DNA of 63,757 nucleotides, counting the filler, from Choristocarpus tenellus KU-1152 (lineage: Eukaryota > Protista > Phaeophyceae), in NCBI GenBank assembly GCA_964200185.2. It is 9 parts of 9 records of this genome, joined end to end, with 100 filler letters (N's around TTAATTAATTAA, not from the genome) between each part and the next. Parts side by side here need not be neighbours in the genome. Positions count along the whole stretch, not along the records: positions 9,349 to 15,174 come from CAXNAD020009657.1; positions 15,275 to 20,640 come from CAXNAD020011021.1; positions 20,741 to 27,921 come from CAXNAD020006576.1; 6 more parts are not named here. One strand, given 5' to 3'. The translations under genes and the position numbers were made by a program. How positions within the stretch are numbered: the first letter of the stretch is position 1; every line of letters starts with the position of its first letter. The notes beneath the pieces are model-generated. The model saw only the letters and a list, made by a program, of their open reading frames with translations, was not told where the DNA came from and did no database searches. This document shows, piece by piece, positions 11,170 to 24,400 of the stretch.

Positions 11170-14100
11170 CTATTGTAGGTAATAAATCCATATAGCAACT
11201 TAGATCGAGCAGTAGACTGCAAATTTGAATGTAGCTTTTATCATGTTCTGTAATTGTCTTTCTTACAACATCCATCTTGGCAAGCACTCAATTTTGGCCT
11301 GCTTCTGTCATCTCTTAATTAGGTATGCTTTGGGCGTTAGCACTGCTTGCAACTTCAGTCATGCAGGCAATGTTTTCCATACACCTTGACCATCTTTACC
11401 ACTACCTGATAATTATCAACACAATTGTAACTATTGCACAAAGTCCGTATCAAGTTTAGCCGAAACAGATGGATTGTTTATGACAAAGTAAACAATAGCA
11501 GGAGCCAAGCATCAATTTTTTTAGTCAACTGAAGACGTGATTCATCATACCACACTTGACACATGCACAAATATCGAAGTAACACTGACGATCAACCCAA
11601 GATATGTTGCAAAAAGAACAAACTTTTTTTTGTTGTTGATACAAGATGTAAGTGGTTCTATTTAGTCTTCAGATTTCCTAGCTTTGATTACCTGGTTGGT
11701 ACCACATGTACCAAATATCCAATGTCTTGCTCAATTTACCCACAACCTGCCTGGGCAGTGCTGGAAGTGATTGCCTTGCTTTGCTTTTAATCAAGTACTA
11801 AAAACACGCATAAAAGGAAAAAGTCAACAGATATTCACCATTGTGCCTCCTCTTGTCCGATATCTTAGGAGAGAGCTGGATTGCCAAGAATATTAGACCC
11901 AGAGTCGAGACCCCAGGTGTGATTGGGAAGAGGAGGTTCCAAATCATCTTACCCTATGCATCTTACATCTTTTTCATCCTCTCAAAGTAAGAACTACTAC
12001 TTGGCAATATGGTCCTGTCGTTTATGAAGTAGCGATACCTCCTTGAGCCGCTGGTGCCTCAATTTATCCATCCATCACATTGCCTATCATTTTCTCTCTC
12101 CTGATCCTAGTTGACATTGAGTCGATAGGCACTTGAAAGGTCAAGTTGGACCTGAGAGAATTTTCCCTGAGGTTTTCCATGAAGAATAGATTGTGGGAGT
12201 CTCTACGCATATAACCTCGAAAAGCAGGGTAGTACGATTCTCAGGATATTGAAGTTTGCTCGAAGCTGATCCAAATTGATATCCTCGTGTCCATCATTCT
12301 AACTCACAGCTCTGCATGTTAGATGACCTAATCCACTGCCCTCCTTGAATACCTCCACAGAGTTGTGACTTTTTCTGTACCGTTATTACCCTTCGTCAGA
12401 GCCAACATTTTGTTGCTATTTAGCAGCTTAATTATGATAGTTTACCTACATGCAGCTGTCGAAACATCTTCTTTGCTCTTAGCTGCATCAGCTACGTAAC
12501 ATTTTCGCAAGAGGGAGAACGCCACAGGTAGTCGAAGACCTCTCACCAGTACATAGAATTTGGGTCTCTGTCTGCTTCTTTTATCTATGCTGGACCAGCC
12601 TTGCACTACAATGTTTTTGAGTCGTTCCCCTGCTCGGACAATTTTTCTCCTAAACAAAGCCAAAACAGTATGCAAACAATTTCGTACAGCAGAAAGATAC
12701 ACCATGTAGTCTCTAGTTGCCCCCCTTTAATACTGGGCAGAAGTATGAGCTCTGGATTATTTTTCAGTCCGGAGTAGCATATATTAATGATACACTCCAT
12801 AATGTCTATCAGATTCCATTCCCTGATCAAGACAAGGAGAAAAGGTGTTTCTCTTTCCACTCCTCTGGTATTTATTGTATTGATACGAAGATGCCTCCTC
12901 TGCCCATGCTAGGTATACGTATTCCACTCACAGATCTTTCTGCACAATATCTGTGATCAATTAGGCAGAGTCTTCCACTGGTGTACACACATGCAATATG
13001 AATGTTGAGGTTCTGAGGCATCATGGTTCACTTCAGCGGTTGGCAAAGAAATCACCGGGCAAGATAGGTCAAAGAACCGTAGCAGTTTGAAGGAGATTTA
13101 GTTTGGACACGAGAACAAGAGTAAGAGTGGGGAGGATCACAGTTCAGAGGGGTGTCCCATAAAGGAACCGCTCGGTGATGAGAGAGCTTGTCTTTAAAAC
13201 CAAGTTCTTGAAGAGACACTCCAGGACATTACAGAAACCTTTCATTTTGAAGATTCTCTACCATGGAACCGAGGTCCTTGGAGAATTATAGTGGTATGGC
13301 AATGAACGGTATATTTACAAACAGCCCTGCCTTCCATATTTCTTGCTTCTCTTTCCTATTGCGAGTTACCCATTTCTAGTTTTTCTTTAAATCGTTATAG
13401 AAACTCTTAATAGAGGCCAAGCGATCTCCATTTTCTCATTGTATGACTCAAGTACAGCAACAAGAAACCGTGTTTACCCCAGATTATACATAAAAAACAA
13501 CATTGTTCTTCCACATTATATTGCTTCAGTCCAAAGGCATGTACCTGAGCTAGAGCATAGCAAATGGGTGAGTTAACAACCCTTCTGTGGAAGCAATGTG
13601 AGTGTAGTGAAGGGTTGATGTAAGTTGATGTTCAGTGGTTTATGATACTATTATGAAGTAGATAGCAATATTGAATCCTAGGGTACTAAGTGAGCGTATC
13701 TCTGTGTTGGGGCCATGTTTTGTCTCATTCATTCAGCAGGTTATGACTCCTCTATCCCTAAGTAGGTATGATACTTCAGTGCAATGGAATCAATACAATG
13801 ATGGAGAAAAGAACATGGACGACATCTCTACAAGACATAGACTACCGGTGTTGGAAATGACCTATAGCAAGGAGTGCCACTCCTGATTGGGATCAAACAC
13901 CTTGACAACTAAGACCTTTCGCACTGAGGTAGACCTCTGAGCGTTGGATATATCGACCAAATGGTAACGAGCTTTTGGTGACAGAGCACAGTCAAGCTCA
14001 GACTGTGGTTTGAACCTGACCTGGGCAGTGGGTAGCAGCAGCGTCAGTAACCTTGACTGGGTACCCTGATAAGGACCAATCCCCTTGAGGACTACGAACG

Positions 14101-14300
14101 GTAGAACGAGGTGGAGCTTCTAAGTCCTGGATGCGGTAACATAAAAGTCGAAAGTTCTCTGGAACTGAAATTGAAGGGAGAAGACCATTGAATACAGAAA
14201 CTGTGGCATACATCCTCTCATCTACGTCAATCGAGGGTTGAAGGTGAGATATGCCGTCTGTTCTAGATCTGATCATGTCATTTTCAAAATTCTGCACCAG
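11170..14300 (-). pseudogene. Most complete degenerate copy of the family's large ORF (N domain, middle domain, Ulp1-like region, C tail)
   Basis: Collinear peptide matches to 36360-36987 (N part), 54870-55900 (WNLIDIME; YLSAVR...ALFRRKIVRAGERLKNIVVQGW; FY) and 56400-57551 (VPID; PNHTWGLDSG; DESRLQLTKKLMLGSC; AKMDVVRRQLQNMIK). Confidence 0.55.
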
Positions 14301-15003
14301 TTGTCAGTGCACCAGGGCGCGTGCAGGAAACGTTTGTGAAAGCCTAAGGTACCCTCCTCTCTGTTACATGTTGTAACGAAGAACATGCCACAAAAAAACA
14401 TTTATTTTTCGGTAAAGGTTGGTCTACTCTGATAAGTGAATAGGAGAGAGCAAGTTAGTTTGCGAGCCTGGAAGGGTTGCTCTGAATTTTTGTTGTTGTG
14501 TCCTTTAGGGACAGGTTGCTCAAAACGGAGGGTTAGGAATAACTCAGGATGTTTCGAAGGCATTCGACCAGAAACCGTTGAGTGACAATCTGCTTTTTTG
14601 GTGGGTCTTTGCCTCCAATTTTTTTCTCGGCCTGGGCCGTCATTGTACCTCCCACTAAAGCAATATCCTTGGACATGACACAACTCAAAAGCTGCAGTAT
14701 TACACACAACAACAGAGCTCTGCCGGAAAACAGGCGGTATGGAGCAGATGGCCATGGATATGGTCCTAAAGAAAAAACTCTAAGAACAAAACTGGACCAT
14801 GGGTTTTGTTCAGGGAGTATATGGTCCCGAGTGTTGTCTAGAACACCTTACATGGTGGAGCATGGGTCAGAGTGTTAGCTTGACAACAAATGTCATAGAT
14901 CAACTCAACTAGAGCATTTCCTGGACAACAGATTTATGAGGGAGTGCAACGGACGTAAGGTTTTTCCGTTTTACACTTTTCTTCTTTGCGTCTTACGCCA
15001 ATT

Positions 15004-15049
15004 GACCCAAAGTATCTGCCAATTGACCCCTTCCCAGATACTTTGAGCC
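15004..15049. mobile_element. 46-bp minimal Harbinger-like MITE
   Basis: TIRs GACCCAAAGTATCTG / CAGATACTTTGAGCC flanked by an ATT 3-bp direct repeat. Confidence 0.75.
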
Positions 15050-15100
15050 ATTTCCCTCCTTTGATCACCTTCTCTTCTTTAAAACATCAAGTAAATGTTT

Positions 15101-15174
15101 GGGTCAAAGTATCTTGGGGGGGGGGGTGGTTTATAAGGGGGCGTCCGTTTCGGTCAAACAACCCTTTTTTTTCT
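15101..15174. mobile_element. Harbinger-like MITE end at contig edge (similar ends at 15275-15434, 20597-20640, 20741-20790, 27899-27921, 48415-48458)
   Basis: GGGTCAAAGTATCT-G-run terminus shared with the complete copies. Confidence 0.8.
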
Positions 15175-15783
15175 NNNNNNNNNNNNNNNNNNNNNNNNNN
15201 NNNNNNNNNNNNNNNNNNTTAATTAATTAANNNNNNNNNNNNNNNNNNNNNNNNNNNNNNNNNNNNNNNNNNNNGGGGGGGAGGGTCTACACCAGGGTGT
15301 CCATTTGGGCATAACCAGGAAAAGTCTCCTTACATTACCCATCCGATGTATGCAACCAATTCACCCAAAAATCGCAACATGAAAAAATTGGCTCCAAACG
15401 GACAGCCGACACCCCCCTACAGATACTCTGAGCCTGTGGAAGAGGCAACGTGCTTAGGGTTACTGCAAGACTCAGTGTGCAAGGAACATCTTAGATCACA
15501 TACTCATTAATGACAATACTCTTACCTTTCCTCCCTTGATAAGACAAGAACATGCCACCCTCACGATATTGGTGAGCATGATCAGGGTTGGAACGGTCAT
15601 ATCCTCCCAAGAAAAGTTGTAGAAGGCAACTGCACATAAAAGGAGAATCGGTAATACGTTTTTGGTACAAAATCATTCACAAAGAACAATTGCGTTAGAA
15701 CCGGAAACTGCAGATTTCCTATGTTCATAGGGTGAGGGTTTGATTAAGGTGGAAGATGAAGATGTATAAAGATCATTACTCAC

Positions 15784-18094
15784 TTTTCTCCTTCATCAAG
15801 TCCTCTGGTAAGTAAGGGAACCCACTATACTTCTCCAGACCATCTCCACAATGAGGGTGCTCACCCGCCTCCGTAAGGTTAAAGACACCCGTTATCCCAA
15901 AGCTGATAGCGCATGAGTCAAACAGAGTTGCAGTCATATGAGATCCCACGCGGAAACATTATCTTAGGTTGTCTTGGCAGCAATTATGTAACCTCTGCAA
16001 GGGCATATTTAAAGCCTCTGAAGGTATCCGTAACTTTCAGTTTACGAGGTGGAGAATTTTCAATGATAGAGGACTCAAAGCATCTGGGGGGGGTGGTGGT
16101 GGTTGTCCATTTCGGGCCAATTTTTTCATGCCACGAATGTTGTGTGATTTGGTTGCATACGTCGGATGGATAATGTTAGTGCACGTTTCCAGGTTTTGGT
16201 CTAAATGAACACCCTGGTGTAGACCCCCCCCCCAGATGCTTTGGGTCAGAGGTAGAATTATTTCAAGAAATAGTAATGCAAACCCTTCCCATGTAAGATT
16301 TTTTTTGTAAGCAATTTGAATGTCTTGCCGTACCTTCCTTCTTTCAACTACATACATGATAGTTCTGAGCTAGTCTATTCAGCACTCTTCCTGTACCTGG
16401 CCATGTGAAGACTATAATCCCACTCTTACCCACAAATATTCATACCTGGTAAAAAAAATATGGGAGCACTTGTATTTTGCCAAAGTGATTTGTCACTGCT
16501 CTAGGGAAGCCCAAACGACACTAATGGCAACACAGGGGTATGTCCACATTCCACTTTTTCTGGCTCAGAGAACGTTAAATGTCATGAGGTAGACTGGAAG
16601 TGCTGTCCTCTTCACCAATCAGCATACCGCCCTACAATTTTTGGGAGTGTATTACCATCCTTGTGTCTAGGGTGCATTCTAAAGTACAAATTAAACATCT
16701 AAATTCAGCCTCTCTAGAGACAGGAGTATCTACTTCGTAGCATTTGATTGCCTGTTTAAGTAATCCTTGGTATTGTGCCTTGAACCTCACAACATACATG
16801 CTTTGTTATTTGTTCTATGGCCCGAAGAGGGGGATGTATGTTCACATGTATAATACTACTCACTCAGTAAATTGCTGCACAATATTGTACTCCTCAAAAA
16901 GCCTTGTGCTGGGACGTTGTGTGGCCATGATGCTGTCTGTAATCCAGGTTGAGTGTAATCCTGTTACCTGTGTATGAAATTTATGGACGAGGCAAGAGCA
17001 TGCTTTTGTGGATTTGGACGACTAACTGCCTGTTCCTGACATCCCTGTGTTTTCTATTCAAATCATTATTTGCGTACACGGTGAAGGAAGCACTAAAAAT
17101 CATATTTAACAGATTTTTCGTTTCAGAAGCTCTTTGGGGTTTGGTTTGGATGGACTCATGTATTGAAGGTCAGCTGCCTCCTACATAACTCGTAACCAAC
17201 ACAATATCCTAAGAGTGAGATTATCGGTAGTCCTTGCCACTATGAGGTTGGTACATACTGTGAATCCCCATATTGACTGGAGCTCATGTCAATATTTGCA
17301 GTGAAAACAACATGTCCACCACTACACCACACAATGTAAAAGAATTCTTCTACTTAATGCTCCATGGTCATTCGATCAATATAATCTAAGCTCTTCGAGC
17401 ATGGATAGTGTGATGCGGAGTGTCGTCCTTTCTTCGCATGGTCTCACCGCTGGTCCCTTGCACCGTAAGGCGCACTGCTCCGAGCAACGTAGGCACTTCT
17501 TCCCACCACATAAACGACACTTTATCTACCGGACAGGGTCGACAAATAGAGGACAAGATGTGAGAGAGTTGCACGCCTTCGACGGAGTTTGGGGTCAGCG
17601 ATTGCTGGATCAGAGTCCGATTTCCATGTCGGGGTTCACGAACTGAGCTGCTGATCTAGATACACGTGCAATTGTTTTCATAAAAACAGACCTCAAAGGA
17701 AAAAATGATGCCGCAGGCGGTGAGGGATAACCTATTCCCCACCTGCTGAACGCGGAACCAGAGCATATCAAACAACTACGACAAAACGATGTATTTCGAA
17801 GTCAAGCGATGGCTTGAAGACACCCACTTGGTACTTGTGTTCCCACGACCGGAATTTCGTAAGCCGAGATCGCCTCTCTCCTCTGCTTTCGTTTTGGGTT
17901 TCATCTTTCATCGTTGTTGGGATGATTTGCCCAGGTTCACTCTTCGCGTTGTTGTGGTCCATGCACAGTGGCGTTCCATTGCTTGTGCTTGTTGCAGGCA
18001 CTGTCAGTGCGGCTGAGCTCGATGGGGTGGAACTACTATTTTGAAATGTCCCCGAATCGTCAACACCAGTCAACTCTTCTTGAATCGATGTCAT
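15784..18094 (-). CDS. PTPDC1: Protein tyrosine phosphatase domain-containing protein 1, first four exons (3' part not found in this contig)
   Basis: Exons 18094-17828, 17525-17448, 16967-16864 and 15902-15784 splice in phase: IKCRLCGGKKC...PA-VTGLHSTWITDSIMATQRPSTRLFEEYNIVQQFT-DFGITGVFNLTEAGEHPHCGDGLEKYSGFPYLPEDLM, the diagnostic PTPDC1 N-terminal motifs. Confidence 0.92.
16071..16247. mobile_element. Harbinger-like MITE in PTPDC1 intron 3
   Basis: TIRs GACTCAAAGCATCTGGGG / CCCCAGATGCTTTGGGTC with AGA flanks; the internal sequence recurs at 15275-15434 and 63535-63700. Confidence 0.8.
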
Positions 18095-18629
18095 AGCGGG
18101 AACGGGGCTAACCTACTGTGGAGCCCTTCAACTTTTATATTGAGAAAAGTTGTGTCGTGTGAATGAGTGTATCGAAAGTGTTTTGCCACTTGACATTACT
18201 GGGATACTGTTGAAATGTCACGGTGCTATAGGCTTTAGGTGGTTGAACTAAATCGCTAGCACTGGCCAACTCTATCCTACTATGGAGTCCTTCAACTCTT
18301 TGACTAGACTCCTCTGTCTCATGTCAATGAGTGTGTCGCTTCACATATGTAACTATATGGTCGCAACGAGAAATCTAATAGAACAAGTAGCATCGGATTT
18401 GCCAATCAAAAGCGTGGAAATTATTGTTTATGTTCTCTTTCGATGTGATCTAAGAATAGTGTTTCCTTCTGCCACCTAGATAAATCAGACGGTTGTCAGG
18501 AAAAGATTCCCACTTTCTACATTATTACATCAAACATTGAATATTTAGAGTTTACTTTCCTCACGAATTCTGGATTATTGTTATTATTTATGTTTGCATT
18601 CCACCATTCTCCTCCTCCCCATTGTACCA

Positions 18630-18835
18630 CCAGTTGTAACCAATCTGTGCGAACCCCTTTCGTCACTGATTCCTACTCACCGCCCACCTCTGATGATCAA
18701 CAAATGCGAACCCCCTTCGCCACTGATTTCCAGTCACCCCCCACACCCGATGACCGAACAGTGACACCCTTTCACCACTGATTTCCAGTCACCAATCACA
18801 TCTGATGACCAACAAGTGATTTCCAGTCTCACCAC
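18630..18835 (+). repeat. Degenerate tandem repeat, unit about 45-50 bp
   Basis: Recurrent cactgatttccagtcacc...tgatgacc.aca; a related array lies at 20235-20487. Confidence 0.75.
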
Positions 18836-20234
18836 CCTACCCTTCAACCCCACCCAACCCGACACCACATACCATTCCACCACACCATTCAACACCACTC
18901 CCCTCCACAACACTTTCCACCACTTTTCACACCCCACACCACTCAACACCACTTCAACAATCACCTAAGAACTCCCCTTCATCGTCCACTTCATACCATA
19001 CCTTTGAACTAGAAAGACATCTACCCCGCCCAAACTTGACCTCCCCTCCATTACCCAGCATCCCAGTCGGTTGTGAGCAATCGAAAGGGTGGGTGGGTGG
19101 GAGAGATTATTGTTCTGAGGTTACCTTGTTCTAGCCCTCCCCGTCCCATACCACCAGCCTCAGCTTTTTCATATATTCTGACCATTCCTTCTTACTTCAT
19201 GCTTCCACCTACCACCCATTTCTTTTAACTTCTCTTCTACCTCTTCTGCCTCCTAGCAACTCAGTACTTAACTCTTCGTCCGCCCATAATAATTTTTTTT
19301 TCCCTAATTAACCCTCCCTTCTCTGTATGCCACTCCTACCAGAATTCTCCCACCCGCAAAACTCAGATTACTGCATAACATCTCCCTTAGATATGAAGTG
19401 TTTGCACCCACTTCAACCTCAAATCATTACCTTTCACCCAATGACGTCGTCAGAAGTAAATACCACATATTAAAGCGAGTTTTCAAATAGCAAAATATGC
19501 TGAGAGAGTGGCATATTCACATATTATTTGTAGGAGTTGAAACATAGTATTGGCTAAAAATTTCCCTGACACATCTGCAAAATGTCCGTGGGCGTAAATA
19601 ATGCATATAGTGAGTGAGATATGTTGTGAACTAATTTCAGGTACTCAGCATCAAGGGTGAAAGATCAACGTTGAATCTCCAAAGAGAAAACCGCCGTGCC
19701 CTTGGCGTTTCCATGAACACGTTATCTTGAACCACTTTCAAGTAGATGCCCCCTCCTCCCCCACCCTTTTCTCGATGTACATATTTAGTACTACTATCTA
19801 TAACTACTATTATTATCATCGCCATTATGATTTTTATTTGTTGCACATTTGTATGGGGACTATCCAGACCCATCGTCATATCCACTACAAACTGCACTCC
19901 TCTTTATAATAACTACTGTCTACCTGTTACAACTACGGCTAATTGCACTGCCTCCCTTTTCTACCTTGCTTCTTGCCCGTTGGATTCTGCACCCTCAGAG
20001 TCACTCTGCTCCTCCCTTGAATCTTCTCTAAGATCCATCTCAAAGATTCCACCTTCATCTTTGTCTTACATTTTCGTGGTATAGGGAAAGACAGAATGGT
20101 AGTCCATTGTACTTGCTACATGGGATAGGATAATCGAAACCAGACTTTGCTTGGCTCACAAATTCTAGTTTATTAATTAGCCTTGTCATAACATTCCATA
20201 CATTCTACTCCTCCTCGACGATTGTAACACCACT

Positions 20235-20487
20235 GTTGACCAACCAGTGCAACCAACCTCCGTCACTCATTTCCAGTCACCAACCAATGCACCCAATCTT
20301 CGCAATTGATTTCCAGTCACCAGCCTATCCAGTGACCAACCAGTGCGACCAACCTTCACCCCTGATTTCCAGTCACTAACCATATCCAATGACCAACCAG
20401 TGTGACCACCCTTCGCCACTGGTTTACTGTCACCAACCATATCCGATGACCAACCAGTGCGACAAATCTTCGCAACTGAGTTCCAGG
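20235..20487 (+). repeat. Second array of the same tandem repeat
   Basis: Recurrent tgaccaaccagtgcgacc...gatttccagtcacc units. Confidence 0.75.
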
Positions 20488-21465
20488 CGTCTTGGGAAGC
20501 ACTATGTTCTAGTTTTTCTCTGGATCTTCCTTCTCCCCCCTTGGTTTCTGAGAGTTGGGTTCTCCAAGCATGAGGTTTGGGGCAATTGATTACTATGGGT
20601 CAAAGTATCTTGGGGGGGGGTGTCGGCGTCCGTTTTTCACNNNNNNNNNNNNNNNNNNNNNNNNNNNNNNNNNNNNNNNNNNNNTTAATTAATTAANNNN
20701 NNNNNNNNNNNNNNNNNNNNNNNNNNNNNNNNNNNNNNNNTATTTTGATCCCCAAATGGACGCGAATCTACCCTCTAAGATACTTTGGCTCAGTTGTTTA
20801 ACACTGCAGCGTAGTGTCTCTTTCATGGAGAGCACGTTCAGTTCCTTTGGAAAACCCATATAGCAATGTTACCTCTGATACACTTAAATCTAGAACTAAC
20901 TGAAAAGGAATGTCCCCCCAAGCTCAAACAAAAAAACTCAAACTTTAAGGTTTGAATGCACAACAAATTTTTGGCCAAGAGTTAGGCCTAGGGCATGAAC
21001 ATCCAAGCACTTACCTGGTTGTGAGATCACAATTTAACATATATTCTCGTGGCATCTGGCACCAAGAATTATGAAAAAAAATGAGAAAAAGCATACATAG
21101 TTTTTTTTACTTTGTAACTGTCTTCATAGCTCGCAGTGGCAGCAGGAGGTATATGCTCTGGTCGAGCCACAATAGAGGGTGAAATTACAAAGTCAATCGT
21201 TGACACTGGTGAGAGTACACTCCATGTGCTCAGCAATGTGTCAGCTTGCAAGAAGAGAGGAGCATTCTATGTGAAGAAGCAGAGGGGATACTGCCACCCA
21301 GCTTAGAATCTGTAGCAATGTGTAGTTACTTCAGGAGCACTAAAAAAATGTAGTACAGAATCAGTCCAAGCTCATTCGGATGTTATAAACCATTTAAGGA
21401 ACAATTTTTTCAAGTGCTGTTACAAGAGCATTCCCGTTAGAGGAAATACGACCTTGATGACTCAC

Positions 21466-24400
21466 AGGCTGGGGCTTGCCCCCCTTTATTAGCTCCTCCA
21501 CCCATCCTGCCCTTTCTCTAGCTCCAACTGGCACCTCCAGTGGTGCAAGCTGCGTCTTCTCCGACTCTAAATCCACAGCTCTCTCTTTGGACTCAGAGGG
21601 TCTCATCTCGTCTGAAACTGCTTCATTTAACTGTCGGTGAAGAACATGTAGAGGGATATACAAGAGGAGAAAATTGTTTGGTTTATGGAGGCGAATTTAT
21701 GGGAAAGGCTTTGCAAGTTGATGAAGAATCATTGCAATTCTAATGCATAGAGTTTGCGTTGAACTCTAGAGGAACCATGAACCAACTCATAACACGTAGC
21801 CATAACCCTAATCATGGGTACAGAGAGTTAGGGCCTCCCTTAGGTGGAGAGGAACACCCGAAGATTATGAAAAGCAGTACATCAGCGACAGTTTTCTGCC
21901 TTTTACCCCCTGGATCAAGAGGTAGGAGTGAACCTGCTCGATTGCTGTATCAATGGCCTGCTCCCTCTCTCGCTGCATTCGCTCCTCTCTGTGAACACGC
22001 AAGGCCTTCTCCCCTGGGATTTCTGGAAGGCCTTTACATGACGAAGGTCTAGTGCTATCTTTATCTGAGCTGATGTCATCCTTGTCGTCACTGCCACCTC
22101 TTAGTTCATCAAGCATTGCGTCAATTTCGGCCAGCCTGGTGTTCAATATGTGTGAGATCTGTATTAGTTGGGTGTGTGTTATTATGTGGATTGGTGTATG
22201 TGAGGAGAGAGACGTGGACATTTGATTTTACACCAGCTTGAGCCTAAGAATCAATCAAGACCTCATCAATATTTTTGAGGAGGTGTTCAGATAACAGCGT
22301 TCAGTGGTGTTACTAATGTAGGACTAGGGAAATATCAAACTAAAGAGTGGTGCATAGTCACAGGCAACCTCAGCAGCTCATGCCGTCTCTCTGAACAGAA
22401 ATAAATTAACTGGAAAATTCATATTAGCTGGTATCCAGCTTATGCCTGGCCAAACCTTTTAGAATCTTCCCTTGCTGCTGCCCCACCATAATGATGTATC
22501 TCCTCCCATATTCCGGATGGGACCCCGTTTGAATTCCCCTTGTCATCCATTCCATCATCATCCATCATTAGACGAGAAATCAGATCCTCCTGCAGGGCAA
22601 AATCAAGAGGGGGCAGCAAATTCCACTCATACATGTTGCCATCACATGTGCCACAAGCAAACAATCCCAGGACCGGATCTTCAGCTCGCTCAGAGGATGG
22701 TGAATCAATCCTCCAGTCCCCTTCATATTGTATCCCAATTAAAACACATTACATACTTATGAGTGGAATCAGGGTCGGAGCAGAACCTACCCTGTTATTG
22801 TTGTTATCTGGCATGTACAATAGGGGAGGGGGGGGGCACATTTTCTTACCTGTTCCTGACTCAGTCGACTGCCCACTCTACCAGCTTGGCAGGCATTTTC
22901 TTTGACAATCGATCCCCTGTGGCTTCCCCTGCTTCCGTCGCCTGCTGACTCCTGTTTACTGGAACTACTTGACCCCCTATCCCCACCCCGCTCAGTACCC
23001 CCTACGGTTGCAGTTGTGGGGGAAGATACCGTCGATCCCCTGAATCTGGACGTGTTGATATTCGTTTGTCATTTCGCCAGCTGTGCAGAGGGTTAGGCAG
23101 GCCTGCGGTGGGCAATGTGGATTGAAAAAGGTATCTTGTGCTGCACGTTTTTACCTGGAGTATAGTTCAGAGCTTCAATTTTGTCTATGGTTCAGAGAGG
23201 CCTCTTTCATGTCACCTTTGTGTCAAAAATGCTCGGTCCTTGGTGCTAATTGACCGTCCCTCACTGCTCCGGTTGGACCTGACTGTAGAGGGGGGATCCT
23301 GTTGTCTGGCTAGGAAATTTTCCCTCCCGTCTTCCCCCCCCTTGTACTGTGTACCTGGGCCTTTGCCCCACACTTGAGCGCTCGAGAGTGCTTTTGAATT
23401 CCCCTGATATTGGACAGATATTGAAAAATCAAAATGTGGGCACTGGGAGTTGAACTAGCAGCGGTAAGAACCGAGTGACTTGGTACTAATTTCACCTCCA
23501 CTCTGCAAGAGGGAAAACATCTAAACAGCTACACTGTAATATATAGCACTCACTGTGGTGCTCTATGCTCAGGAGCACCGTTTCCTCGAACACAAATACA
23601 GAGTAATCCTTTGGAAAGTTCTAGTCTGCATATGCGGCACTACCAAAGATCGAAGCATGTTAAAATGGTTAACTATTACACTCTTTATAGACATACCTTA
23701 TCGCTCTCATCTCTCTCTCTGATACCTCTGCTGTTTCCACCTGAAGGACTATCGCCTAGCTCTTGATCCATCCCATTTTGCTGGCCATCCTTCTCATCTC
23801 CCCCCAAAGCCATACTCACCTCCTTATTCTCTGCAATTTCTCGCCTACGTAATACCCTGGCCTTTTCAGTTGTGCGAGCAAGGCGAAAGTCAAGCTCCCT
23901 CATTCTTGCAAGGCCTCGCTGGAGCTTACTTTCCTGAGTCTGCTCATCTACCGGGAGAGTAAGAACAATGCCGGAGGTAGTGATTGCAGTACCAACATTT
24001 CATGGGCTGATAGGAAGGCATCAATGTAGAATGACTTGTGATGCCTATCAAGGAATCAGTTGAGTCACTATTGTTAGGTGATTTTGTCTGCTGTGTTGCT
24101 ACTCTCCCTGATTGTCCCAATTGCTTGCTTCAACAATTGAAGAGGGGTAGCAGCAATATTTGTAACACCTCAGAGTGCAAGTATCTTAGAGGGTACGAGT
24201 TATTCTCTTTTTGTCGGTTGGGGCTTGGCTTCCCACAGGTTTTTTTATTACTTTTTCCTACTCCGAAATATTTTGGAGGAAGTGAAATTCATACACTATG
24301 AAGAGGTGTGATCTGAACAAGGATATTGATACTTCCTAACAAACATGATAACCAAAATTTCATGAAAATCGCAAAATTGGATTTTGGCCCCAAATCGATG

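Noticed and set aside
11170-14300. Endogenous giant virus, Polinton, Helitron or Fanzor
   Set aside because: I found no PolB, capsid, packaging ATPase, HUH/helicase or RuvC/TnpB motifs by eye; a profile search is needed to exclude them formally.
21005-21030. U1 snRNA 5' end (ACTTACCTGG)
   Set aside because: It is the reverse complement of a CAG|GTAAGT donor on the FSIP1-like strand; no U1 stems or Sm site follow.
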